A stretch of 54,431 bases of DNA, filler included, from Streblomastix strix (lineage: Eukaryota), in assembly GCA_008636045.1 (NCBI GenBank). It is 3 parts of 3 records of this genome, joined end to end, with 100 filler letters (N's around TTAATTAATTAA, not from the genome) between each part and the next. Parts side by side here need not be neighbours in the genome. Positions count along the whole stretch, not along the records: positions 36,357 to 54,431 come from SNRW01000642.1; 2 more parts are not named here. One strand, given 5' to 3'. This document shows, piece by piece, positions 38,093 through 49,585 of this stretch (positions within the stretch are counted from its first letter, which is position 1; every line of letters begins with the position of its first letter). A program made the position numbers and the translations under genes. The notes under the pieces were generated by a model. That model saw only the letters and a list, made by a program, of their open reading frames with translations. It made no database searches and was not told the origin of the DNA.

Positions 38093-40693
38093 GGTTAATC
38101 AATAAATTGGATAGCTTGCGCTAAAATTGAGGAAAATTGAAATTTCAGAATCAGAACAAATCTCAGCTTTACAACAAATAATTATTCTAGCTGTTAGTGG
38201 TATATATTTTATGTAATCATCTTATATTTTATTATTATTTATTATTTAGCTTCAGATAGTCCTAGTGTGGCAAGAGAGAGTGGAGTGATTGAAGCAGCCA
38301 GTACTTTACTTGGTTAATCTTAAAGTGTACGAGTTTAGGTATTAATAATTTAAACGATTTATTTAGTTATTTGATTATTTATTATTATTTATTATTCAGT
38401 AATTGTGTGGCGCTGTTATTTCAGTTGTTGGATAACTTAGGGTTGAGAATTCTGGTGAATTTGATTGGATGATTATTTCTTCACCATTGATTGCAATGCT
38501 TCTTGTATGAATAAATCATTTATTTTATCTAATTATTATTTATTATTTAATTTATTATTTTAGTCTTCTGATGATGTTATATCAAACGTTGGAAAGAATT
38601 CAATTACTATTTTATTGGAGCGAAATGAAAATGTTGTTACTGGAATATTATAAGTGAGTTTTATAGATCGTGCGACTGAAGTTTTATTTCAATCATATTC
38701 AAATACTTAATCTATGTCATTAATTTAAGTTATATCTCCAATTATAACAATGAACATCTTTTAAGTTCTTGATTCACTTCTGACAATAGCTAATGACAAA
38801 ATTCCAAGAAATCCGAAATTAATTGAAGTATTATAAAAGATCTAAAAAGAAGGAAGAACAAATGCAATTAAATAGAAAGCCAAATTTCTTCTTTTAATTC
38901 TTTAATCAGAATCAAATAAATAAAAAGATGGATAAATTGAAATAGAAATAAATGAATAAATAAAAGAAATGGAATTTAAACTGATAGAAGAATAAAAAAA
39001 AAGAATTGATGCAGAAAATAAATTCAAATAATTTGGATAAGAAACAGAAGATCAATTAAGATCAATAAACGTAATTTATGATAAACCAGAATTAAAATAA
39101 TACGATTGGATAGAAATGAAGAATGGTTTAGAAATTGTTGAAAGTGGAACTGAAATACAAAAAGAAGAAATCAGGAAAAAGAAAATAGAAACATGCTAAA
39201 AGATTGTTGCTGTATTTATTGGTAAGAAAAATAATGAAGGAAAGAAACTTGCAATTGAATCTGGAATTATTGATTCACTTCTTCATTTGCTTATGACAAT
39301 TCCACTGGAGAATATTACATTATCACACATCTATTCTTTATTTATCTTCACATATAAGTCTAATGATGAGATTGAATTACTTCTCATTTCCAAAAATCCA
39401 TATCAATCTCTTCTTCGTTTATTTGAACATCCAAATATATTTATTGTAAATAGAGCAGTTGCTTCAATATTTAATATACTAAATACTGGATCAAACATAA
39501 CTGCTGCTTCATAACTTCATCCTCATTTTGCAGACTTTCAATCTTGCGATGGAATCAATAAATTATTTAGTCTATTCAAAAGGAATGATATTACTAAATA
39601 TACTAAAGATACAACTGCTAGATGCATTGGGCATCTTTTCAGAGCTCAAGAAATTCCAGATAAAGAGATGAAAACTGAAATCAGTGCTCATTTGAAAGCA
39701 CTTTTGAAAGATCCCGATGATTGGACAAAGAATTCAGCAAAGATTGCAATAAAATATCTTGCTCAAAATGCTGGTTTGTTTTTATTATATATGACTAATT
39801 TGATTTGCAATATTTAATTATAAAATCAATTTATCGATTTTATGAACTTTTTTATTAAATAGACAATCGTGAAGAGATTATGAAAGATATTAATTTGGAT
39901 TAGATTGCAAATAATTTGAAAAAGAAATTAGATGGAAACGAAGAATAATAAAAATAGATCAAAATATAATAAGATGGAGATTGTTGGATATTAGCAGGAA
40001 TTCAATCAGGTAGAAAAGATGATGAATTAAGACGTCGCATAATCAATTCTGGGATTGTTGATGCTCTTATTAATATATTCTTAACAAGAGATTTGAACAT
40101 GATCACTCGAGCATTCTCACAATTATTCAATGTTTTGACAAACACAAATAATGAAATCAAACAATCTATATATGAAAAACATCCTTATCCAGCACTAATT
40201 AGACTTCTTAACCATCCAAATATTGATGTTATTGATGATTCAATCACATCAATATACAACATTATAATTACTAGAACATATACAACATCTGAATCTGAAC
40301 AATATCCTCATTTCACTGATATGCAACCTTGTGATGGAATCAGGATGTTGTTTGATCTGTTCAAAAGAAACGATATTACAAAACGTATTAAAAACATAAC
40401 TTCTAGATGCTTAGGAAATCTTTTCAGAGCACAATAAATCCCAGATAAAGAGATGAAAACCAAAATTATTGCTCATTTGAAAGCACTTTTGAAAGATCCT
40501 GATGATTGGGAAAAATATGCAGCAAAGAATGCACTTAAATATCTTGCTCAAAATGCTGGTTTGATTTTATTAGATTAAATTGAATAAATTTCATATTTTT
40601 GTAATATATTAATCTATTAATTTTAATATACTTTCTTATTTAACAGTAAATCTTGCAGAAATTGAAAAAGATGGATTTGTAATTCCAGATTGA
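38093..40693 (+). CDS. Multi-exon ARM-like / coiled-coil protein with duplicated C-terminal ARM-like module (start codon not resolved)
   Basis: Short N-terminal exons (EQISALQQIIILAVS; ARESGVIEAASTLL; FSPLIAMLL) precede a Q/E/K coiled coil. Two homologous modules follow (PY..L.RL..HPNI...HFxD.Q.CDGI..LF.LFKRNDI...RAQ.IPDKEMK..I.AHLKALLKDPDDW.K..AK.A.KYLAQNA) at ~39200-39773 and ~39980-40557. Ends EKDGFVIPD-TGA. Confidence 0.75.
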
Positions 40694-40854
40694 ACTTCCT
40701 GATGAATATAAGAATATTTGATTGATTTAACCCATTTTCAAAATCATTCCCATTCATTAATATATTTTTCTTATTTGATATACTATTGATTTAATCAAAC
40801 TAACTCTGGTTTGATTCAAATTCTCTATTATCTTTATTTTAATATTATTTAAAT

Positions 40855-41045
40855 CACTACACATACATTAGTCTTTTATATTTAAATAGAGATTTACTAT
40901 TTATTTCTGAATCTCATTCTCTACTTCTCACATCAATACTCATAATCTATTTCTGTCTTCTTATTCATTCATTACTTTTTTATTTTATATTACATTCAAT
41001 CAAATAAATTATTTATTACTAATAAATTATATTTTAATATAATTT
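40855..41045 (+). repeat. Copy 2 of the ~190-bp diverged non-coding direct repeat
   Basis: See 37440-37630. Confidence 0.8.
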
Positions 41046-41116
41046 TATTACGAGTTTAATTAACTATGTGAATGGATTAAATTTACAATACTGGCTTATA
41101 TTCAATTTACTTCATT

Positions 41117-43064
41117 TCATGACCATAATACTTCCTAAGCTCCAGTAATTGAAGTATTTGTATGAATAGTCAAGTTTCTCATTGAAATAACAGACACTGA
41201 ATCATTCGGATAACTGAATGCGAACTGAAATTAAATAATAGAAAATTATATTGATTTAAAATAATTAAATAGAATAAACAAAGCATACGAAGAATTGAAT
41301 TGAATTCGGAAGTCCACTCATATAAACTGGTTATAATACTCCATTTATGAACAGTCTGACAGTCCTTGGTGTAATATCCATATTAACTTCTAATGCAATT
41401 GTATCTTATTCTTTCATCTTGTGATTTCCAATAGTTGCTTTTCCATTCTACCACAATTGACCCCTGAAATAATATATAAATAATAATTAGTGAAAATGAT
41501 TTTAGAAAAGAAATCAATTTGTTATTTTCTCAAACATATCGCGAAACACCATGCAATCTTTGTTATCTTATGAAAAAAATTAAAACGAATTCATAAAAAG
41601 AAATTATTAGTATAATTCAAAGAAATAGTTAACAAACATGGCAAAAAAGAAGGAGAGTTTCCAAAAGGAATTTTCAATTCTGATTTCATGATTCCATAAT
41701 CTGAGAAATTGGAAATAAAATAAAATTTTGTTAATAAGAAATAGAGAAAGAATACAAACATTGTATGTTTTATAATTTTTTGATCTTAAACTCGCACCTA
41801 TAAGTACCATCTGTGAATTATTAATCAATTGGAAACAGTTTCCATTCGAACTCTGTTGAAGTGAATGTAAGTTAATTTTCTTTCTTTGTATAAGAACCAG
41901 AAGGAACAGTAATTGAAAGAGAAATTTCATCTGATTATGGATTAGTTAATATATGAGTAAATATATTTGGTTTCTGCTTTAAATCTGCCAATTGTTTTTC
42001 GAGATTTTCTATTTTTCTATCTTTTTCTTCATTTATTTTTTTATTCTCATCAAAACTTCTTATATATTATTCATCCTTTCTTTAGAGCTCAGAAATATTC
42101 CTTGTTTATTCGTCATTTATTAATTATAGCTAAATTATCTTTTTAAAATATTCTTCGTTCTTTCTTTCCATTTCTGATAATTTCTTTTTAATATCTTCAA
42201 TTTCTTTCTTTTGTTATTCAGAATGGGTTTTTGATTCAAGGGTGTTTTAAGATGTTTGTCCAGTAACACCTTAAACGATAAGCAGCAACTGAATGATTTT
42301 GGCTTTCTGCGCAATTTCTGTTTTTTCAGATGATTTCTCTTCAGCTAACTTTGAAAGGACAGAAACAAGCCCAATTATTTCAAATGTATTTATCTCATAA
42401 ATCAAAAGATTGTAGAGAATGTCGAGAATATTAATCTTTATAAGATTTGACGTCTTTTCATCATGCTAATCAAGAATAAAATAAAATTTATTAATTAATT
42501 TAAATTGAAATATTTGTATATAATAAAATAAAATACCAACGCTAAGCGAGCAATTTCAATGAATCCGCTTTTTATAAGTGCATCTCTGATATTTTTAGAA
42601 CTTTTAATGAGACTAATAATAGCATTATAGGCTGTAAATGATAAGTCAATATTTCCATTCTATAAATAAAATTAAGATTATATATAATATATCAAAAAGA
42701 AAAAATCAAGCCAAAAGAAGCACTATTAATGGATTAAATATCAATACAAAAGATTCTTATGCACATTCTAGATATTAAATAAAAACGAAAAGAATTTAAT
42801 GAGAAATGTGCAAAATAAAAAAGATATAAAATTATTTAGTTAATAAACCATGAAGAGCAATCGATACTAGCCTTTATGCAATTTAAGTTTATTTATTCTT
42901 ATCAGCAGAATGAAATTCTAAAATTAATAATGGAATTTCTTCCTAATAAATAAAAAAATAGTCAACTGATTGAAAATAACATTTAAACAAACTTTGATAA
43001 TCTCATTTTAGAGACGCGTGGACTCCTTGTTTTACATTTATTCGGGATGAATCGTAGTTATCAT
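41117..43064 (-). CDS. ARM-like N-terminus + coiled coil + SPRY/B30.2-like C-terminal domain protein
   Basis: ATG at 43064 and several GT-AG introns. Exons read EEIPLLILEFHSADKNKQTQIAQRLVSIAL; IRDALIKSGFIEIA; coiled coil; GQLWQNGKATIGNHKMKEQDTIALEVNMDITPRTVRLFINGVLQPVYMSGLPNSIQFF; ...ITGAQEVLWS-TGA. Confidence 0.75.
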
Positions 43065-43772
43065 GTTGGATTTTACTGATTTTTGTTCTTATTTTCTGAA
43101 AAATTGAAAAAAATTAAGTACAAAGTATGATTTATGAATAAAATTGTAATTAATTTAATAAAAAATAATATATTCAATAATTTATTATTTTATTCATTAA
43201 TTAGTAATTACTAAGCTGGAGAAAGTGACAAATAATAATAAAAACTACATTTGAGACCATTGATAATGTATTGATTAATTAATTTACTTAAATTTGTTAA
43301 ATAAAAGTTAATTTAAAAATAAAACATAGAAAACTAAAATAAATATTGACACTGAAAGTTCAACTGTTTTGAAAATTAATTTTTCCAAAATTCCCTAAAA
43401 CTGTTTATTTTATATCTTTTATATTTAAATTAAACTATATTAAATATTACATTCAAAATAATACTGTTAAATTCTACAATTATTGTTTTTTATTGGATTT
43501 GAAAAAAATCTAATCATTTCTTTCCTTACCGCACGTTTAACAAAAATGTATGATTTACAATTTAATAAAAATAACATATATTTTATAAGACATTTTAATA
43601 TAAATCAAAAGTATTAAATTTTTATTTAATGAATTAGAAATATTTTATAAAAATTTTAATTTTTATCCTGACTGTTCAATATTTTTTTTTATTAAAATGG
43701 TTTAATTGAAATATGCAAAATATGTGCTGTTTCATTTCAAATATTATTTTATTATTTTCTACTTTAATCACA

Positions 43773-44836
43773 GGTTAACACACAAATTATTTATTTCATA
43801 AGAAGCAACTGCAAGGAGACACGGTTATCTGGGATTAATCTGGATAGGATCAAGGCTATTATTCCATCGATACGGAAGATGGAGTTCAACCTTGGGAAGG
43901 AAATTCCTCTTCAACATCACTTTCAGTATTTCCGCCTGGTTATGCTGCAAGTTCTGATTTTGCAATCAATTAAGCAGTGATTTATTAAGAAATGTCATGT
44001 TATGGAGCTCATAACTATTATAATGACAACCTCTTTAACTTTGAATCTGCAGTTATTCTTTCATATTGCGAATAATAGTGGAATAAGTGAGAGTTTAATA
44101 AGAAACCTTATTTCTCGTTTTGGACCAGTTTGGGTATATAACTCAGATTAAACAAGATTTTAGGTTTGTTGACTTGTTTATGATTAATTAAATGAAAGAA
44201 TTTATTATTAAATATATTTTCATATATTACATATAATTAATTTATGAATTTTCTTTATATTTTCCTTATTACTATTAGATTTATTATGGATGGAATACAA
44301 ATTCGGGATCTACTGAATATCTGATTATGTATCGTGACTATACAAACATCTTACATATTGAATCCGAGTCTGCTTCGCAATGGCCTTGGATTCCATATGC
44401 GAAGTTCTTTGGTAAACCTCCAGTTGATTGCACAGATCCATAATTCGGATGTTTCTGCACAAATTTGAGTTTATCTGATGATGATTGCATATGCCCAATA
44501 ACGCAATCAGTTCTGAATGATATTAATAAGACTAAGTGTGATTGTATTCAAAATGATAGTAGACCTTCATGCAAGATCTGTCCTGGAAACTAAGATGATG
44601 TACCAGATTGTATTTGCCCTTCAGCACGGGTTGGCTTAATTAACATTCCAATAAGTAAATGTGGATGCATTGCTGATGATTTAAGAACCGAATGCTTTAC
44701 TGAATAATAATCCCATGATGATTATATATATGTAGATGATATTGATGATCCTGATATAGAAGGATCAGAATTAATACACACAGAATTGTTATAAATAATT
44801 TTTTATGTTGCACTTCCACTACTGGCTTTACTTTGA
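43773..44836 (+). pseudogene. Cys-rich putative surface protein (degenerate papain-like segment, CxC repeats, hydrophobic C-terminus) with an apparent frameshift
   Basis: ESLIRNLISRFGPVWV, intron, IYYGW (papain-like GPV / IxGW pattern). Two repeats of DCICP...L..I...KC.CI..D.R..C follow. The tail is IIFYVALPLLALL-TGA. A frame change is needed near 44055; the start is unresolved. Confidence 0.55.
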
Positions 44837-45204
44837 TGACTGAACATTTTTAATATGTTGATTACTGAATTGTTTTATTATTATTATTGAGGTTAATTTT
44901 ATAGCAATTTCATGTTTATTTGATGGGTGTAAGTTTTTTTATTTGGATATTTTTTATTAGTTTCTTTCAAGTTCAATTGTTATTTTATTTTCCATTAAAA
45001 ATTATTTTTTTCCAAATTTAAATACTATTTTTTTATTTTATAAAAGTTATTTTTCACATGTACATAATATTTATTAACCATTTTAACAACTTTTTAACTT
45101 TTTTGCCAAAATAGGTGAAAATCTTGGCTCTCACCTTTCAGATAATTAAAGTTCTAAATGAACATTTTTGAGTTATTAATAAATTTTTAATCTATGTCCA
45201 ATAA

Positions 45205-46497
45205 TAGGGGTGGAAAAGTGTGACATTTAATTTTAAGTGTGGCATACACGGGGTTGCTTGGTGACATTTTAAAAATAAAAATTTCTTAAATAAAAAAAAA
45301 AATTAAAAAATTTATTTTTTTTATTTGAGTTTAAATTTCAATTAAAATATAAAAATAATAATTTAAATAATTAATAAAAATATTGAAACTTATTTAAAAG
45401 TGAAATATCTATAATATGCAGAAATTAATCTTTTCGAATAAAATATTTTTCTTAGTTAATAGGTTGCTATTTTATATTTATTTAGTATAATAAATTTTTT
45501 TTTGAATTATATAACTAAAATATATATCATAACATGCAGATGAAAGCGTACGTAATATCCTGTCAAATCGGGTGAACGTGTCTCGCTTTGTGGCATTGTC
45601 ACACTTTGTGACAAGGTCACCCGCTGATTTCACTCCACGGAAACATCTCTTCTGTGCGAATTTATTTAATAATTTTACATGTTTAATTATTTATACTATA
45701 TATCACAATATTTTAAACATAAAATAACATGCTAGACTTCGGGTTTTCACACCCAATTATCACGATACGTTGCACTGTTTATATCACCAAACTATATAAA
45801 ATTCATTATATTTATTAATAAATCAATTCTTAACCATTATCAATAATAATTATGAATGTTCAAAATGATTTGATTAATTAATATGAAATATTAGAATTTC
45901 ACATTAAAATCGAGATTCATTAGTGACTTAACCAGTGAAATGTGACTTTCTTAACTTAAATTAAATTACATTTTTATTATACGAATAATTTTAATATAAC
46001 TAAATGATATTTCTTTCATCTAACAATATTTCTTAAAAAAACAAATTAATTTTCAACAAAACAAACTTTATTTTCATTTTCTGCTGTTATATTTGTTGCA
46101 AAATGAATATTATTATAATAATTTGATATTTTAATTATTTTTTAATTTAGAAATCATGGCAATTCAACTTTGATTCAGCGTTATTCACCTACATATTTAT
46201 TCAATTTTACAATTTGATGACAAAAAACGCATACTGTTTGTAAATACAATTAAATTTTATATGTTTTTAAAATTAGTATATATGTTTATAAATATTATAT
46301 ATATATTTATATTACATTATACAATAATTATTGTAATTTATATAATTTTAGCAGTTTTTTTATTAAATTAGATATATTTCATAATAATTTTTTTCTTTTT
46401 CTTTTTTGTATTTTTAAAGGGAAGGTGACATTGAATTTGGTGGGTGACTGACATAGTCATTTTTTCGTGTCACCCATGTCACACTTTTCCACCCCTA
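45205..46497. mobile_element. Non-autonomous hAT-like DNA transposon (1,293 bp)
   Basis: Perfect 22-bp terminal inverted repeats: taggggtggaaaagtgtgacat (45205-45226) and atgtcacacttttccaccccta (46476-46497). Flanking 8-mers tccaataa / accaataa match 7/8 (TSD). GTGAC(A)/TGTCAC motifs recur subterminally and internally. No transposase ORF was seen. Confidence 0.9.
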
Positions 46498-46668
46498 ACC
46501 AATAACTTGTAAGTTTTTGAAATATTTCATTTATGTTTATTAGAAAATTATCGAAAAACAGATTAATTTAATATTATTTGAGTGGTTTTGTTAATAATAT
46601 TAAATAATAAATAACAAGAAATTCAAGATAATATATATAATAAACCAATTTTGCTAATGAATTTCATT

Positions 46669-48459
46669 TCAGCAACGCTCTTTGCAGTAATAATGGCATC
46701 CTTCCTTGCTAATAACAAGCGACTTGCACGAATAGCACGCTTATTTGTGGCATTTAAAACACTCCTACTTACAATTCGAACAAACTTACTTCTCGCATCT
46801 GTTGCACTGTATGAGACAACTCTTGCATGTCTGCTTTTGGCATTGTGTACAGTTTACCCCAGAGTTCAAACAGTCAGTACAGCAACTCTTAGAACACGTC
46901 GGGCATTAAACACAGCACTTTGAACACAATAGTTTTTTACACTTGGGACAAAGTAGTATGCATGTCTTACATTGAACAGTGTTGCACACTTGACACGGGA
47001 CTTGTCATTTCCTGCATCAATCCTTGCTGCATTTCAGGCAGGTAATCAATTCCTTACACCTCGTTTCACACGATGGACTCATAAATTTTTGCGGTTTTAA
47101 ATGCGCAGTTGAATCTAGAAGTTTTTTCAGTTCGTCTTCAACTTTCATTCTAAGCTCTTCACTTCTGCGCAATTATTCTCTGAGTCTGTTACATTCATCG
47201 CAATGAACTATTTATGCTTATTCTAATGATTAAGCAGAAACTTTCAATTAAAGTAAAGGAAGAAATTATTTACAGTAATATTCCAATTGCTTATTTCAAG
47301 AATCTGCCGTTTTCAACCAAAAACGCTCTAATTTCTTTCATCTTCTTCATCGCATGTACTAAAGAAAGGCATGCTTATTCACTAACAGCTTTTTCAGATG
47401 TCTATATCGAATGGAGAAGCCCAGCACAGAGTATTTATATATGAGGGATTTTAAGTGTATAAGGTGATTTCGCATTAAAATTGAGAATGATGCTTAAACA
47501 AAGTGCCTATTGGAATAAAAATAGTTAATTGCAAAATAATATATTAAAAAAGTTGAAATACTTGAATTTCGTTAACATTCTAAGAACAGAATGTTTTTAT
47601 AACTTTTTCTATAATAATTTCTCCTTATGGGATTTGTTACCTGTCTTGAACTTCAAAGATAATTATATAAAAATAAATATAATATAATATTAAATTTTGT
47701 TTCAATAATAAAAAAAGAAGTGAATTTATTGAGAATATACGTGTTGCGATAATGAAAAGAAGTTGTTTTAGTGATTCTTTGAGCTGTTCACTGCTAAGCT
47801 TTTCTAATTTCATAGCAAGAAATATAATTTCATCGGGCTTAGCAAAATAATTAAATAAAGAAATGAAAGATTAAAATAATTGGGGAAAAGTAAATTAATT
47901 AATTTTTTAATAACTAAATTTAATCTGTAATTATAGAGCGGAACGTGCGATTGTTGTAATCGGCGCCATTCTCCATTTCTACAATAAAAGAAGAATATAT
48001 AAAAAATATATTTAATTAAATAATTTTGTTCTTGTCAACAGATTTATTCAAGAAATTTAGGAATTAATTTTGATTGAATTTTAAAAAAATTTCTTCGAAT
48101 TTTTATAATTTTTTTTTCAATTTATTTATTTAAAGAAGAATATTTACAATAAAAAAGGGAAACCCCAGGTTCAGAGTTACGAATAATGGGCGCCACTGAT
48201 ACGTTGATTCGATTTTTCTAGCTTAAAAGTATGTCCAATCGGCAGCGGAGTCTCATTATCACATATATATTTACCAGAATATGTTATTTGAATGAAAATA
48301 TTTACGAATAATACAGTCACTAACGCCTGACTAAATAGACGCCAATCCTGAGCTGTCCTGCATTCACGATGAATTTTTTCTGTTTTATTTGGCAAACTAA
48401 ATATATATAACAATATATTATTGGGTTTACTAACTTTGTAACAACATATGGACTATCAT
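46669..48459 (-). CDS. Multi-exon ARM-like + coiled-coil + CxxC-repeat (zinc-binding) protein with two in-frame TGA; recoded gene or pseudogene
   Basis: Exons join as ...GAHYS-NGEWRRLQQSHVPLYNYRLNL-PDEIIFLAMKLEKL...; C-terminus CLKCSKD*CRK*QVPCQVCNTVQCKTCILLCPKCKKLLCSKCCVQCPTCSKSCCTDC...YCKERC*. TGA at 47017-47019, 47005-47007 and 46669-46671. The junction at ~47210-47270 needs an unusually short intron or a frameshift; the start is tentative. Confidence 0.55.
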
Positions 48460-48504
48460 TTCTTCCTTTCTTATATTTGACTTTTTTTATTTGTTTGTTT
48501 TAGA

Positions 48505-49320
48505 ATGGCAACCATTACTTTAAGCGAATACAACATTAATCCTAATGCATACGTCGGTTAAACTACCAAATTTAATGGCAAATTTGTTTCAAAGACAGAA
48601 GTTGATGATCAAGGCTCTTTCGATGCATAAGTAGAATTAGACTCATTGCTGTCTGGGATTCTTATTACAGAACCCATACACATTTTAGTTGACAGTAAGA
48701 ACATGTTTAAGGATGAATTGATCCCTTACGAAGGATAAGATAAAGTCCTCGAGTTTGAATGCTTGATTAAGCCTAAACCTCCAGGATACCATTCATTTAA
48801 GCTGGTTAAAACCTTATGGGAAAAAGATGGTTTTGTCTCGCATAATAACCGCAGAGGAGCAGGCGCTCAACAGCAACTACCCATACCACAAGCCCAGCAG
48901 TAATTACCCGTACGACAGCAAACCCAGCCGCCATCAGATGCACCTCCGTCTTTCGCACCAAAAGCTCCAATTCAGCAACAATTTCCAGGAGCTGGTGGTT
49001 TCGGTTAACCACAGATGCAGGCTCCTGTATACTAACCTTAAGCAGGTACAATGTATGGATAGTAACCCTAACAAGCTTATGGATATCAGCAACAAGCTCC
49101 TCCTACATTCCAGTATGGTTAACCAACTCAAACCGGATATGGACAATAAATTGGAGCATTTGGTTACTAACAGACATTTCCACAACAATAAGTGCAATAA
49201 GGATATCTACCACAGCAGAGATAATATTAAGCGCCACCTATATATGGATTTGAAGGACTTCCACAGTTACCATAATATCAGCAACAGCAATTCCCACAAA
49301 TCCATATTGAGAAACAGTGA
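48505..49320 (+). CDS. 271-aa protein: ~110-aa globular, possibly OB-fold N-terminus plus Q/P/G/Y-rich low-complexity C-terminus
   Basis: Intronless: MATITLSEYNINPNAYVGQTTKFNGKFVSK...VLEFECLIK...; tail such as PQAGTMYGQQPQQAYGYQQQAPPTFQYGQPTQTGYGQQ with CAA/CAG/TAA/TAG intermixed. TGA at 49318-49320. Confidence 0.75.
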
Positions 49321-49585
49321 TGAAATTGGTGATTGGAAATCTGGCATATCATAAATATGATATCGAGTTTTTTTTCTCTTTTTATTATTTTAGCATTAAT
49401 TAGCCAATAGGAAAAGAAAAATTACAGTAAGATTTGTTTTGTAGGGAAGTTATATTAATGTATTACATCCTACACACATGAATTAGTTTGTAAATGAAAT
49501 AAATAAATATTTAAATACAAATAAACATAAAATATTAGAATAAAAAACGTTTTTTAATGAATTTTTTGTTGCTTTCCTTGTAAGC

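Noticed and set aside
46610..46670. SECIS-like hairpin 3' of the CxxC gene (minus strand ATGA-aattcattagc-AAAA...tgaatttc)
   Set aside because: It has AUGA and an AAA at plausible spacing, but the 3' arm pairs Watson-Crick and lacks the GA needed for the non-canonical quartet. It is not supportable as a SECIS by eye.
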